DNA from: an uncultured Candidatus Saccharibacteria bacterium
GTDB lineage: Bacteria > Patescibacteriota > Minisyncoccia > Phycocordibacterales > UBA6899
Reading direction: 5' to 3'
NCBI GenBank assembly: GCA_964515375.1
Contig: CAZERF010000006.1
Location: 16,133 to 80,132, forward strand
Length of the DNA: 64,000 nucleotides
The stretch's first letter is position 1. Every line of letters starts with the position of its first letter. The notes below the pieces were generated by a model. The model was not told the DNA's origin, searched no databases, and saw only the letters and a program-made list of their open reading frames with translations. The position numbers were made by a program, and so were the translations under genes. Of this stretch, positions 10,630 to 20,775 are shown piece after piece.

Positions 10630-11205
10630 CTACGGAGAAACATCATAACACGCTTCATTGCTCACAATATCCGTTTGGCATTCGGCGCTGTCCCCAAAGA
10701 ATGACGCAGTGCGGACGTCGGCGTCCGTATCCAAGACCGCATTCTCCGAACGCTCAAGCGTGATACCAAGCAGGTACGAATCGCATGGCGTCCCGGACGG
10801 CGCTCCCGCGTCACACTCGGTCGGCGTCGCTCCGTAAAGGCCATGATAGACATAGAAAAGATCAACCCCGGGCGGAGGGGTGAGGTTCACCGGAAGAAGG
10901 CCCGCATCAGAAAGGAGAACGATCGCTGCGTCGACACCCGAGTACCCCGATGGTGTCGTAGACGGATAACTCTGGTTTGAATCGTAATACAATTCGAGCG
11001 CCCTGGTGATCTGTCCAACCTGCGCGATCCGCTTCCCATCGCGAGACTTCTCTCTCGCCGAGGTGAACGAGACGATAGCGACCGACGCAAGAATACCGAT
11101 GATCGCGATCACTGCAAGAAGTTCGATCAAGGTGAAACCGCGATTCGTTTCCCTGAGACGACAAAATGATTGTGTTTTCAATAGTTTGACCATGTAGAAT
11201 ATCAT
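10630..11205 (-). CDS. Type IV pilin / pseudopilin-like protein with an N-terminal prepilin methylation motif
   Basis: GFTLIELLAVIAIIGILASVAIVSF is the class III signal peptide plus hydrophobic helix. Confidence 0.7.
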   Translation of the reverse strand: MIFYMVKLLKTQSFCRLRETNRGFTLIELLAVIAIIGILASVAIVSFTSAREKSRDGKRIAQVGQITRALELYYDSNQSYPSTTPSGYSGVDAAIVLLSDAGLLPVNLTPPPGVDLFYVYHGLYGATPTECDAGAPSGTPCDSYLLGITLERSENAVLDTDADVRTASFFGDSAECQTDIVSNEACYDVSP

Positions 11206-11279
11206 AACATGAAGATACTCGTTGTACAGTTTCCTTGTGTACGGATAGTGCCGATATGGGATAATAGAAGCACATCACC

Positions 11280-12308
11280 ATGAAGCACCGATTTTATACG
11301 ACCACCGCGCGCGCGACAGAAGGCATGCTCGACGCGGTCAGAACTGCAACCAAGTCGATCTATCTCGAGATGTACATCTTTGAGTACGACAAAGTAGGGA
11401 GCCTCTTTATTGCCGCACTTGAAGAGCGGCTTGCCGCGGGAGTGCGTGTCGTTCTCATCCTCGACGCGATCGGGAGTTTCGGTCTTCGGTCGGAAGCGGT
11501 ATCCAGACTCCGCGCAAAGGGTGCGGAAGTGCTCTTTTTCAGCTATTGGCTCACTCGAACCCATCGCAAGATCCTTATCATCGACGAACGGATCGTCTTT
11601 TTAGGAGGAGTGAATATTTCCGGTCGTTTTTCAAAATGGAAGGACCTCCACGTGCGACTTTCGGGGAAACATATCGCGGGAAGCGCTCTAAGGTCATTCG
11701 CGCGCGTCTACCGCAAATGCGGAGGGAGAGATACTCGCCTGCTTTTACTTCCTCCTCCGCGCGTCTGGTCAAGAGCGCGCATGTGGTTCCAAGAACACGG
11801 CCTCAACCAAGGTCACCGGTCTCTCCGCGCGCACTACGAGCAACACATCGACCACGCGAAGAGCACCGTCACAATGATCACTCCTTATCTTTTCCCACGA
11901 CGCTGGCTCATTGCCCATCTTCACGCGGCGATCCTCCGCGGAGTCAAGGTGACGATCATGATTCCCACCGAGACCGATCACCGCATATTTGATCGCGTGA
12001 ACGCGTATTACGCAACCCTCCTCGACGGGATCGGCGCCTCGATCCGATTCCTCCCCTCGATGAATCACGCAAAAGCGATCCTGATCGACGAGCGCATTGG
12101 GACCATCGGATCGCAAAACCTCGACACACTCTCCTTTGATTGGAACATGGAAGCGAGCGTCTTTTTCACTTCACCCGCGATGGTCGCCGATCTGACCAAG
12201 ATCATGCACACATGGGAGAGTGAGGCGGTCTTGCCGTCCTTGAACATAAAACGAAAATGGTATGACCCATTGCTTTTCCTCCTGTTGCGCATCCTAAGAT
12301 TCTGGTAA
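11280..12308 (+). CDS. Phospholipase D-family protein (two HKD motifs; cardiolipin synthase or Nuc-like)
   Basis: HRKILIIDERIVFLGGVNI and HAKAILIDERIGTIGSQNLD are HxK(x)4D motifs. Confidence 0.7.
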   Translation: MKHRFYTTTARATEGMLDAVRTATKSIYLEMYIFEYDKVGSLFIAALEERLAAGVRVVLILDAIGSFGLRSEAVSRLRAKGAEVLFFSYWLTRTHRKILIIDERIVFLGGVNISGRFSKWKDLHVRLSGKHIAGSALRSFARVYRKCGGRDTRLLLLPPPRVWSRARMWFQEHGLNQGHRSLRAHYEQHIDHAKSTVTMITPYLFPRRWLIAHLHAAILRGVKVTIMIPTETDHRIFDRVNAYYATLLDGIGASIRFLPSMNHAKAILIDERIGTIGSQNLDTLSFDWNMEASVFFTSPAMVADLTKIMHTWESEAVLPSLNIKRKWYDPLLFLLLRILRFW

Positions 12309-12359
12309 AAAAAAGCGACCGCATGGAAGCAGTCGCTTTTTCTTTCCGGTTTTCGTATT

Positions 12360-13061
12360 CTAGTAATTGACAAAGTAGGAGATGTTGGCGTTCTCTCGAA
12401 GTTCGCCGACCAATGCTCCGGCCTCGACAGCGATCTTCTGCTCGCGCATTTGCTTCGCGATCTCTGCCTGTGCCGCGGGAAGATCCGCCTCCGCGATCTC
12501 AAGCTTTGCCTGCGCGAGATATCCACCAACCTCCTCGTCAGTCACCTCGATCTTTGCGCCAAGGAGTTTCTCAACCTGTTTCTGAAGAAGAACCTGCTCG
12601 CGCACTTCTTCCATTGCAAGACCCCTCTCCTCAAGCATCTCTTCAAGTGTCGCGGTTGTTTGCCCCGCGATCTCTTCGCGCAACGCCGCGATACCCTCAT
12701 CAACCTCGGCTTCGGTGACAGAGACACCCGCACGCGCGATCTCCGCCTTGATGAGCTCTTGAGTAATGAGTGTTTCCAACACCTCCTTCCCGGACGACTT
12801 CTCCAATTCACCCACAACCGCAAAACGAGAGATCGGCGATCCATTGACCATTGCGGCGACAAACAACCCTCGCGCGGAATACAGCACCGCGAGGAGAACC
12901 AAGAGGATCGCGATCACGAGCGCGGTCTTGGTGCCCAAGATCCGTTTGATCCGCTGCTCAGGACGGACGCCTTCCTCCGAAACAACCTCGATCTCGGGGT
13001 TTGTTGATTCTTTTGTCTCAAACACCTCCTCTCCCTCTTTCATTTCATTCTCTTTCTCCAT
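12360..13061 (-). CDS. Membrane-anchored SurA-N-like chaperone-domain protein
   Basis: A single transmembrane helix followed by a SurA_N-like helical domain. No PPIase domain. Confidence 0.45.
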   Translation of the reverse strand: MEKENEMKEGEEVFETKESTNPEIEVVSEEGVRPEQRIKRILGTKTALVIAILLVLLAVLYSARGLFVAAMVNGSPISRFAVVGELEKSSGKEVLETLITQELIKAEIARAGVSVTEAEVDEGIAALREEIAGQTTATLEEMLEERGLAMEEVREQVLLQKQVEKLLGAKIEVTDEEVGGYLAQAKLEIAEADLPAAQAEIAKQMREQKIAVEAGALVGELRENANISYFVNY

Positions 13062-13158
13062 GATTTGAATTTACGCAAGTAATAACGGCGGCTCAATGAT
13101 CCATCGAGCGCAAACGTCTCCATACTATAGCACGAGGCAAGTTGTGAGGCCAAGAAAA

Positions 13159-13545
13159 CTACCAGTTCGAGAACACGTCGAGAGCCGCGCGAGCGTAGAC
13201 CCTGTCCTTTTCCTTCGTTTCCTCCGAAAGTTCGACGTAAGGGAGCCGCTCTTCAGGGTCAGCGCGCGAGCGGTTGCGCAAAAGCCATGCGTCATGCACG
13301 ACCTCGGCGATCCGTTCGACGAATGCTTCCTTTGGTTTTTTGCTTTTCTCACTTGATCGCATCACCTCGCAAAGCGCCACCCGTGCGGAAGACAGCTCTT
13401 CTCCTGAAGGGGAAAATACTGTTGCCAAAGAGCCGGAAAGAGATGCCCTTGGCTCACCATAACGAAGCACGTGTGCGCGACGTGCGACACGCTCGACCAT
13501 ATCGGAAGGAATATCGCTGTTTCCATAATGAAGGAGATCACTCAT
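13159..13545 (-). CDS. RyR (ryanodine-receptor-like) domain protein
   Basis: IAEVVHDAWLLRNRSRADPEERLPYVELSEETKEKDRVYARAAL resembles Pfam RyR. The start at MSDLL has TATAAT 6 nt upstream, so it is possibly leaderless. Confidence 0.4.
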   Translation of the reverse strand: MSDLLHYGNSDIPSDMVERVARRAHVLRYGEPRASLSGSLATVFSPSGEELSSARVALCEVMRSSEKSKKPKEAFVERIAEVVHDAWLLRNRSRADPEERLPYVELSEETKEKDRVYARAALDVFSNW

Positions 13546-13609
13546 GTGAACATTATAGGAACAAAAGAAAATGCCGCCAATGACCAAAAGGTCACGGGCG
13601 GCATGGAAA

Positions 13610-14191
13610 TTACTTCTTCTCGATCAAGGCACGGACAGCCTGTTCAAAATTAGCATGACAGGCGATGGCGGCGTCACGAAGGACGGAGTCCGGAAAATAT
13701 AAATCTCCACGAAGGAAATCCGGACGATTCAGCGCCAAGAGTGGGAAGGCATGCCACGGAGATGGCGGTGCGTGATCGTGAGGAAAATCCCGCTCCCGAT
13801 AAAGTCCCACCAGGCGAATATAGAACGCCACAGCTCCAGGGGCATACATACCTCTCCCCGACGTAATGACGCTGTCGACATACGCGAACAACTCAAGCTC
13901 CTTCTCGGTCAAATCCTCACCGAGAAGGTTGATCGCAGTCACGAGCAGGTCGCGACGAGAGGGCGCATACCCGAATGCCGAATGAAACACTGTCGCAATG
14001 GTAAAGATGCGACAGATGAAGAATTGACACTCGCGATGTGTCTCTCTCACGAGCACGTTTTCCCGATGAAACCGGAAAAACGAATTGAGAGACTCCCACG
14101 CGGTCGACAGATACTCGTCGACGCGAAGAGTGTCCTCAGAATAGATGAGGCTATTTCTCTTGAGCTCATCACGCAACTCGAGAATGTTCAT
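13610..14191 (-). CDS. Hypothetical protein (193 aa)
   Basis: Strong SD GGAGG 6 nt upstream. A consensus promoter lies upstream. No domain recognised. Confidence 0.5.
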   Translation of the reverse strand: MNILELRDELKRNSLIYSEDTLRVDEYLSTAWESLNSFFRFHRENVLVRETHRECQFFICRIFTIATVFHSAFGYAPSRRDLLVTAINLLGEDLTEKELELFAYVDSVITSGRGMYAPGAVAFYIRLVGLYRERDFPHDHAPPSPWHAFPLLALNRPDFLRGDLYFPDSVLRDAAIACHANFEQAVRALIEKK

Positions 14192-14234
14192 GACGCACCT
14201 CCATCCTAATCAAGTGGAAAGAATACCTTGATTA

Positions 14235-14263
14235 ATTATAGCACAAAAATGAAAATAATGCAA
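14235..14263 (-). promoter_or_regulatory. Consensus sigma70 promoter (TTGCAT, 17-nt spacer, TATAAT) on the minus strand
   Basis: Reverse complement reads ttgcat-tattttcatttttgtgc-tataat. It drives the gene at 13610-14191. Confidence 0.55.
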
Positions 14264-14277
14264 TATCGAGCAAAACT

Positions 14278-14625
14278 CTAGCGAGCCGAGGATTCCTCCC
14301 CCTCTTCCTCAAGCACGACACCCCCTTCGACCACATCCACCGCGGGCACGGGGAAATATTGAGCGATTTCGGCATCGAGTCGATGTCGCTCATGATACAA
14401 ACGCGAAAGTTCGTCCCGGAGAGTGTCACGGGAGAAAATTGAGCGAAAAGAAACTGAGGAAAGCGTGCTCTCGATCTCGCGGATCCGATCATTCGTTTCT
14501 TGAAGTCGACCCTGAAGGGACGAGATCATCTCCGCGGTATGGTCCGAAAAATCTTGAGGAAGTTCTCCTTGAAAAGGAGGAATGGGAGAGGTATTCGATG
14601 TGGAAGATTCAAATGACATATTCAT
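14278..14625 (-). CDS. Hypothetical coiled-coil protein
   Basis: Start chosen at the Met with SD AGAGG 5 nt upstream. This avoids overlap with mltG. Confidence 0.4.
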   Translation of the reverse strand: MNMSFESSTSNTSPIPPFQGELPQDFSDHTAEMISSLQGRLQETNDRIREIESTLSSVSFRSIFSRDTLRDELSRLYHERHRLDAEIAQYFPVPAVDVVEGGVVLEEEGEESSAR

Positions 14626-14671
14626 GATGACCTCTATGGTACGCCGAAGGGAACTCGAGGGCAAGGATGTC

Positions 14672-15637
14672 CTAGCGCAGGTAGCGTTCAATGTTCGCCT
14701 GATGTCCCGCGTAATCCTTCGCGCAATGAATGTTCCCTTCCGGATCGTGCAGGTAGAAGAAGCACTCAGTCACCTCGGGAAAAAGTACCGCCTCCATTGC
14801 CGCAATGCCGGGATTCGCGATAGGGCGCGGGGGGAGTCCCGCATTTTTGTAAGTATTGAAAGGTGAATCAAGCTGCTTATCCTCGGGTCGAACGGGTAGC
14901 CACCACCCTCCCTCCTCGCTTCCCTTCACATACTGCAACGTCGCGTCGATCTCGAGACGCTGCCCCGCAAGCAAGCGGTTCCAGATGACTCCGGCAATGA
15001 GCGGCATGTCATGCATTCCGGCGGCCTCACGCTGAACCAGCGACGCGATTTTCATGAGTGTCGTCCATTTGATGTTTTGGGTTGCGGCTTCTTCGGCAAG
15101 CGGGGCGAAGCGCTCGCTCCATCGCGCGCGCAATCGCTCGGCGACCCGCGCGGGACTTTCCTCGACAGGGATGAGATAGGTGTCAGGGAAATACACTCCT
15201 TCCGTGTGATCAGTATCGGGGGCGGTGTCCACTTCAACCCATTGCTTCTTTTCTTCATTCGACCACCCAAGCTCGCGCGCCAACACCTCCGCGATCTCCT
15301 CTTTGCGGTACCCTTCAGGAATAACAACCCACTTCATGAAAGGCCCGTCGGCGATACGACTCGCAAGTGCCCACATGTTCATCCCTTTCGAGATCCGGTA
15401 TGCACCGGGAGGCAATTCGGCGGGAATACCGCGAAGACGAAGGAGGAGTTTCAGCGCGGCTTCATTGTGTGCGTATCCGTCTGTAAAAAGAGTATCGAAG
15501 GCGTCCGACGCGCTTGTTCCGCGAAGAATGACCAGATTCCCCACAAGATCTTCAGGATTGCCGCGAAAGAACACCTGCCAGACACCTCCGACAACAAGCA
15601 ACACGACGACAAGCACAAGAAGTACACTTTTCTTCAT
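14672..15637 (-). CDS. mltG: Endolytic murein transglycosylase MltG (YceG-like)
   Basis: N-terminal transmembrane helix plus YceG family motifs (…LQYVKGSEEGGWWLPVRPEDKQLDSPFNTYKNAGLPPRPIANPG…). Confidence 0.8.
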   Translation of the reverse strand: MKKSVLLVLVVVLLVVGGVWQVFFRGNPEDLVGNLVILRGTSASDAFDTLFTDGYAHNEAALKLLLRLRGIPAELPPGAYRISKGMNMWALASRIADGPFMKWVVIPEGYRKEEIAEVLARELGWSNEEKKQWVEVDTAPDTDHTEGVYFPDTYLIPVEESPARVAERLRARWSERFAPLAEEAATQNIKWTTLMKIASLVQREAAGMHDMPLIAGVIWNRLLAGQRLEIDATLQYVKGSEEGGWWLPVRPEDKQLDSPFNTYKNAGLPPRPIANPGIAAMEAVLFPEVTECFFYLHDPEGNIHCAKDYAGHQANIERYLR

Positions 15638-15710
15638 CTTCCAATTCTATACTTCCGAAGCGACATGAACAACAAAAAAACACCACCCAAAAAGGATGGT
15701 GTTCTTTGTC

Positions 15711-15968
15711 TCAAGCAGAGAGGTCTTTCTTCTTCTCTTCGAATTCCGCCTTGTCGATCTCCCCTTTTGCGTAACGCTCCTTGAGGATCTCGAGCGCGGA
15801 CGATGATGCCGACGAAGGGCCGTGATCAGAGCGTCTCCATTCGACGATGAGCATGCGTGCGCCGACAAACACAAGAAGAATGAGGAGTCCCCAGAAAAGA
15901 AGTGACGACCATCCTCCGATCCCGAAGAGTCCGGGACAATAACTATCCCACATGGTGTGGTAGTACAT
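15711..15968 (-). CDS. SHOCT-domain small membrane protein
   Basis: Transmembrane helix followed by LEILKERYAKGEIDKAEFEEKKKDL, which is the SHOCT motif. Confidence 0.5.
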   Translation of the reverse strand: MYYHTMWDSYCPGLFGIGGWSSLLFWGLLILLVFVGARMLIVEWRRSDHGPSSASSSALEILKERYAKGEIDKAEFEEKKKDLSA

Positions 15969-15993
15969 AGTGTGTATGTTTAACGAATAACGA

Positions 15994-16425
15994 TCAGTCC
16001 TTTACTTCGACCTTGATCTCGGTCCGTTCGGGAAGCTTTTTTGACACTTCGGGAAGTGTGACCGTGAGGACACCCTTCTCATACGAAGCGGTGATCTTTT
16101 CTTTGTCGACATCCTTGGGAAGTCGCACCATTCGCTCAAAGCTTCCGTGACGGATCTCCTTGCTGTAGTAATGTTTTTCTTTTTCTTCCTTCTCCTCATT
16201 TCGATCCGCGCGAATGCATAAATAACGTTCGCCGTCGACAGAGACCTTGATGTCCTCGGCATTCATGCCGGGAATATGCATACGCGCGACAAGGTTCCCC
16301 TTTTCTTCAAAGAGGTCCACCGCGAGGTCAAGCGATGCCGTAGAGAATGGAGGGAATGATGCAGGATGAAGGTCGTAAAAGAAACGATCCATATCGCCAA
16401 ACGGTTCCCATTTGATGAGGGCCAT
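15994..16425 (-). CDS. Hsp20 / alpha-crystallin family small heat-shock protein
   Basis: Alpha-crystallin domain. An extended -10 promoter lies upstream. Confidence 0.85.
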   Translation of the reverse strand: MALIKWEPFGDMDRFFYDLHPASFPPFSTASLDLAVDLFEEKGNLVARMHIPGMNAEDIKVSVDGERYLCIRADRNEEKEEKEKHYYSKEIRHGSFERMVRLPKDVDKEKITASYEKGVLTVTLPEVSKKLPERTEIKVEVKD

Positions 16426-16587
16426 GATGTTTGAAGAGTTATCGAATAAGGGCTCGGATCGCGCGAAGCGGAAACGATGCGGTTATCACGATGTACCACC
16501 GCGCACGATGGAGCTTTGTTCATTATAGCACAAAATGCAAGAAAAGCGAGAGTGTGAAATCTTAAAAAATGTCCCAACAGGGCCGTT

Positions 16588-17448
16588 TTATGGAAGACTC
16601 TCGCACACGCGACCGTCACCATCCCGATCGAGGCGATGCACGTCGTTTGCGACGCCACCACACTGATCAAAGACCTCTTGCGCTCGCGACTGCGTCGCAA
16701 GGTCGGCGCAGTTGTAGACATTGCGTGCGCATTCGATCGAGCTGTCCGATACGAGCAACGAGACGGGAGCAAGGAGCGCCGGAGCCTCCGGCACCAAAGA
16801 CGAGGGTGGGGGTGCCGCGCGACACGCTCCTTCCGCCCAAAGACCCTTCCCTTCCGCGCGTGCGCTCCGCTCGGCGTCACGAAACTCCTTTTGATAACGA
16901 TACGGTTCGTTGTAGGTGTACTCGTACGCGTACCCTTCACGGACGAGAGATAGATTAAAGAATGTTCCGTCCGAAAGGAAGAGATACGCAAGTGTTCTCC
17001 CGTACTTATCTTTCTCACCTTGCGAAGGATCGCCCTCGACGCGCACCTCTGCGCCGGAAAGCACGCGCGTCGCGAATGCAGATGCTTCCTTTCCGAAACA
17101 CTCGACCGGACGTCTCGGGTCGACCGTCTCGGGGGTGTTCACGCCGATCAGCCGGAGTGTCTCATTTCGACCTTCTCGGGCAATGACAATCGTGTCTCCG
17201 TCGACCACACGCACAACAGAGAAAAATTGAGACGATGAGCTCTCGAGGTGGAGATCAGAAGAAGATGCAAGAGAAGCAGAAGGGAGTTCATCCACCGCTG
17301 ATGTCGAAGGAAGGTCTACTTCTGGAGTACTATCGACAGCAGACTCCATGTCGCGAACAAGAAACCCCAACCCGAACGCAACGACAAGCGCAAAGATATA
17401 CACGACTGTGCGATGATGAGGTGTCAGGGGTGAAAAATGACGCGACAT
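16588..17448 (-). CDS. Membrane-anchored thermonuclease (SNase) with a C-terminal Excalibur calcium-binding domain
   Basis: SNase motifs VVDGDTIVI… TPET … GKDKYGRTLAYLF. C-terminal DRDGDGRVCE is an Excalibur motif. An alternative GTG start at 17514 sits directly after the RND stop. Confidence 0.7.
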   Translation of the reverse strand: MSRHFSPLTPHHRTVVYIFALVVAFGLGFLVRDMESAVDSTPEVDLPSTSAVDELPSASLASSSDLHLESSSSQFFSVVRVVDGDTIVIAREGRNETLRLIGVNTPETVDPRRPVECFGKEASAFATRVLSGAEVRVEGDPSQGEKDKYGRTLAYLFLSDGTFFNLSLVREGYAYEYTYNEPYRYQKEFRDAERSARAEGKGLWAEGACRAAPPPSSLVPEAPALLAPVSLLVSDSSIECARNVYNCADLATQSRAQEVFDQCGGVANDVHRLDRDGDGRVCESLP

Positions 17449-17514
17449 GCACTCGATAATACCACAAGAAAGCGCAAAAGAATCCGCGTACAGTGCGGAT
17501 TCTTTTGCGTTCAC

Positions 17515-20500
17515 TTATTCATCCTTTGCTCCACTAAAACGCAAGTAGAGAATCGGGAAGATGACAAGCGTCAGCACCGTAGAGAGGGAGAGCCCAAAGA
17601 TGAACGCCCACGCGAGTCCACTCCAAACAGGATCAACAACGATTACCGCGGAGCCAAGCACTGCGGTCAGTGAGGTGAGCATGATCGGACGCAAACGGGT
17701 TTGACATGCCCCGATGATAGACATTTTAACACTACGCCCGCGCGTGCGGAGTTGCTCAATGAAATCAAGCAAGAGGATCGCATTCCCAACAACGATCCCA
17801 CCGAGTGCAATGATACCGATCATGGACGTCGCCGAGAAATACAGGCCACTTGAAAAATCAAGCAACGCGAATCCGGGGAGCACACCGGCAAAACCGAGAA
17901 TGATCGTCGACATGATGAGCATCGGTGTTCGGAACGAACGGAACTGCGCGACCAAGACCACGTAGATCAGGAAGTATGAGACGAGCATTGCGATTCCGAG
18001 ATCACGAAAGTTATCAAGCGTCATCTCAAACTCACCTCCCCATTCGATCCGATACTCCTCATTGCTTTCGGTGTCACGGTACGTAAGACCGTAAAGGTTC
18101 CAATCGAGAAGCTCTCCGTTTCCTGAAGGAAGGCGATAATCGAGAAGTGCAAGAACGAGATCTTTCACAACGTAAACCACAGCACGTCCTTCTGTCTCCC
18201 CCATCACGATCGACGCGGATTCTCGTTCGTCGTGTACGATCGGAGCAGGGAGTGCGACGCGGAGAGTACGAGTCACGCTCGAAAGGGCAACATGTTGTCC
18301 CATTGCGTTCTTAACGGTAATGCGTCCAATATCCGCAATGTCATTTCTTCCGTCACCAGCAAAACGCACAATGATCGCGGATTCTTCCATTACGCCAAGA
18401 CGCGCGACCGCGACAGTATTTCCCGAAAGCGCGGTACGCAAGGCCGTCGCAACATCCGACACGGAAAGTCCCGATCGTGTAAGTTTCTCATGGTCGATCA
18501 CCAGCACTTCTTCTGTTGCTCCGGAAGCGATACCCGTATCAAGGTCGACAACACCGGGAGTAACACGGAAAAGTGCGAATAGGTCTCGCGCGATCTCATC
18601 CCGCACGGCTGGATCCGGACCTTTCACACGTGCAAGAAGTGTCGAGAGCACGGGAGGGCCAGGAGGATCCTCAATCAACCGGAGACGAATATCGGGAATG
18701 TCTCCGTATTCAGAAGACAGATCCGTGCGTACGCGAGTGACGATCTCCTCGCTCGTGACCGAACGCTCTTTGGGATGCGAGAGTGACACTTTCATGGTCG
18801 CGTGTTCAGGGCGATCGCGCATATCCGAACCACGGAAGAGACCGTTAAAATCCGCTACAGGAGGAGTCCCCACAAAATACTCCACTGCCTTCACTTCAGG
18901 GTCAGTCAGAATACTCCCCTTGACCGCGTCAGCAAATTCCTTTGTGGATGCAAGCGCGGTTCCATCGGGCATGTCGACATAAACATAAAACTGTTCTTTG
19001 TCGGCCTTCGGGAGCATTCTGAAATGCACGAGCTCAACAAAAGGAAGCGCGAATGCGAGCACAACACCAACCAATGTTCCGACCAATATCTTGTTCTGAA
19101 GACGCCGATCATCAAGCACGCGATGGATGAACCGCGTATACGCCGCATCGAGACGTGAATGTTCTTCCTTTTCCTCATGAATGGAATCTTCCTTCTCGGA
19201 CTCCTTAAGAAAGATCGACGCGATGTATGGGGAAAGCGAGTAAGCGACAAAGAGAGACATCAAGCGTGCGATGGGGGCAAAGAAAGCGATCGGCCCCATA
19301 TACGCGCCCATCATTCCGGTCACAAGACCCATGGGGACAAACACAATAATAGCGGTCACCGTCGAGAGAAGCACACCCATACCCACCTCTCCCGTCGCAT
19401 GCGCGATCGCATCAACCTTCCCTTCCCGCTTGTTCAAAAATCTGCGGTGAATATTCTCAACCACAACGATCGCGTCATCCACAAGAAGTCCAAGTGAGAA
19501 GATAAGCGCGAAGAGTGTGATCCGATTGATCGTCTGATCAAAGAAATACCCCACAATGAAGACGAGCGCGAGTGTGAGCGGTATAGCGGTGGCAACAACA
19601 AGAGCTGCGCGCAAACCCAAAAAGAATATGAGCGTGATTGTGACGATTCCGATCGCGAGCGCAAGGTGCTCCGTGAGAACCATGATCTCCTCCCCCGCGA
19701 TCTCGCCCTCATCGCGAGTGATCTCAAGGTCAACAGAGTCCGGAACCATCCGCAACGATACAAGTTCATCAATACGCTCACGCACGGCAGTCGTCACGTT
19801 CGTCACATTGACGCCTTGTGTCTTGGCAAGCGAGAGAAAGACCACATGCCTATCGTCGGGAACACCTCGTTCCGAGAGACCGACATGACTCTCAACGACA
19901 CCATATCCGTCCGATATCTCCGCGACATCTTCAAGGTAGACCGGACTTGCGAAACTTCCGCCGACCACGAGTCGTGCAAGGCTCTCCGCGGAAGCGATCG
20001 ATCCATCAAGAACAAAAGAAATGTTTCGCTCCGTGCCTTCGATCGCACCGACCCGCATCCGGAGGTTGTTCATCTTGATCGCACCCTCGATTTCGTTCAC
20101 ACTCACATTACGAGCAGCAAGCGCATCGGGAAGGAGTGTAACCGAAAGCACTCGAGCACGGCCTCCGGATACTTCGATATTGGTCACACCGGAGATGGTC
20201 TTGAGGTCCTCACGCAACTCGAACGCGTACGCACGAAGTCCGTCTGGTCCGATCTCGGAACTCAAGATCGCAACAGTCATGACTGGAACATTCTCAGGGT
20301 CAACTTGCTGAATGAGCGGCGCCCCCACACCAAGAGGCGCGAGATGAAGATTCGCCTGCATCTTCTGAATGACTTCCGTCTTGCTCCGATCAAGGTCGGT
20401 GCCGATCTTGAAAGTAACGAGAACAACCGAACGTCCTCCGTCGAACGAATACGAGGAGAGCGTGTCAACACCGGGAAGTTCGGCGAGTTTGTTCTCAATT

Positions 20501-20742
20501 TCATTGGTAACAAAACGCTCAACCTCATCGGCGGTCGCGCCGGGATATTCGGTCACGATCCGAAACGCAGGAAGCGTGATTTCAGGATTGTATTGCTTGG
20601 GCGTAGCAACAAAGGCCATGACACCAAAGACAAAGCTCGCAAGTGTCAGTAAGAGCGAAAGTTGTTTATTTTGAACAAAGAACCGCGCAACATGAGCGTA
20701 GATATTCTCTTTTTCCTCTTGAGGTGAAGGGTGTGTGTTCAT
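17515..20742 (-). CDS. RND-family efflux permease (AcrB/CusA/CzcA-like)
   Basis: 1075 aa with 12 transmembrane segments and large periplasmic loops. Confidence 0.85.
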   Translation of the reverse strand: MNTHPSPQEEKENIYAHVARFFVQNKQLSLLLTLASFVFGVMAFVATPKQYNPEITLPAFRIVTEYPGATADEVERFVTNEIENKLAELPGVDTLSSYSFDGGRSVVLVTFKIGTDLDRSKTEVIQKMQANLHLAPLGVGAPLIQQVDPENVPVMTVAILSSEIGPDGLRAYAFELREDLKTISGVTNIEVSGGRARVLSVTLLPDALAARNVSVNEIEGAIKMNNLRMRVGAIEGTERNISFVLDGSIASAESLARLVVGGSFASPVYLEDVAEISDGYGVVESHVGLSERGVPDDRHVVFLSLAKTQGVNVTNVTTAVRERIDELVSLRMVPDSVDLEITRDEGEIAGEEIMVLTEHLALAIGIVTITLIFFLGLRAALVVATAIPLTLALVFIVGYFFDQTINRITLFALIFSLGLLVDDAIVVVENIHRRFLNKREGKVDAIAHATGEVGMGVLLSTVTAIIVFVPMGLVTGMMGAYMGPIAFFAPIARLMSLFVAYSLSPYIASIFLKESEKEDSIHEEKEEHSRLDAAYTRFIHRVLDDRRLQNKILVGTLVGVVLAFALPFVELVHFRMLPKADKEQFYVYVDMPDGTALASTKEFADAVKGSILTDPEVKAVEYFVGTPPVADFNGLFRGSDMRDRPEHATMKVSLSHPKERSVTSEEIVTRVRTDLSSEYGDIPDIRLRLIEDPPGPPVLSTLLARVKGPDPAVRDEIARDLFALFRVTPGVVDLDTGIASGATEEVLVIDHEKLTRSGLSVSDVATALRTALSGNTVAVARLGVMEESAIIVRFAGDGRNDIADIGRITVKNAMGQHVALSSVTRTLRVALPAPIVHDERESASIVMGETEGRAVVYVVKDLVLALLDYRLPSGNGELLDWNLYGLTYRDTESNEEYRIEWGGEFEMTLDNFRDLGIAMLVSYFLIYVVLVAQFRSFRTPMLIMSTIILGFAGVLPGFALLDFSSGLYFSATSMIGIIALGGIVVGNAILLLDFIEQLRTRGRSVKMSIIGACQTRLRPIMLTSLTAVLGSAVIVVDPVWSGLAWAFIFGLSLSTVLTLVIFPILYLRFSGAKDE

Positions 20743-20775
20743 AGGTAAAAATAGTGAATACGGACAAAGAAAGAC

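Noticed and set aside
16426-16587. CIRCE (TTAGCACTC-N9-GAGTGCTAA) or HAIR heat-shock operator upstream of hsp20
   Set aside because: Only partial half-site resemblance (agcac…gagtgtg). No convincing inverted repeat.
16263-17018. ORF 16263-17018 (251 aa) on the minus strand
   Set aside because: It overlaps the thermonuclease gene in another frame and the hsp20 promoter region, with no motifs. The thermonuclease frame has SNase and Excalibur signatures.
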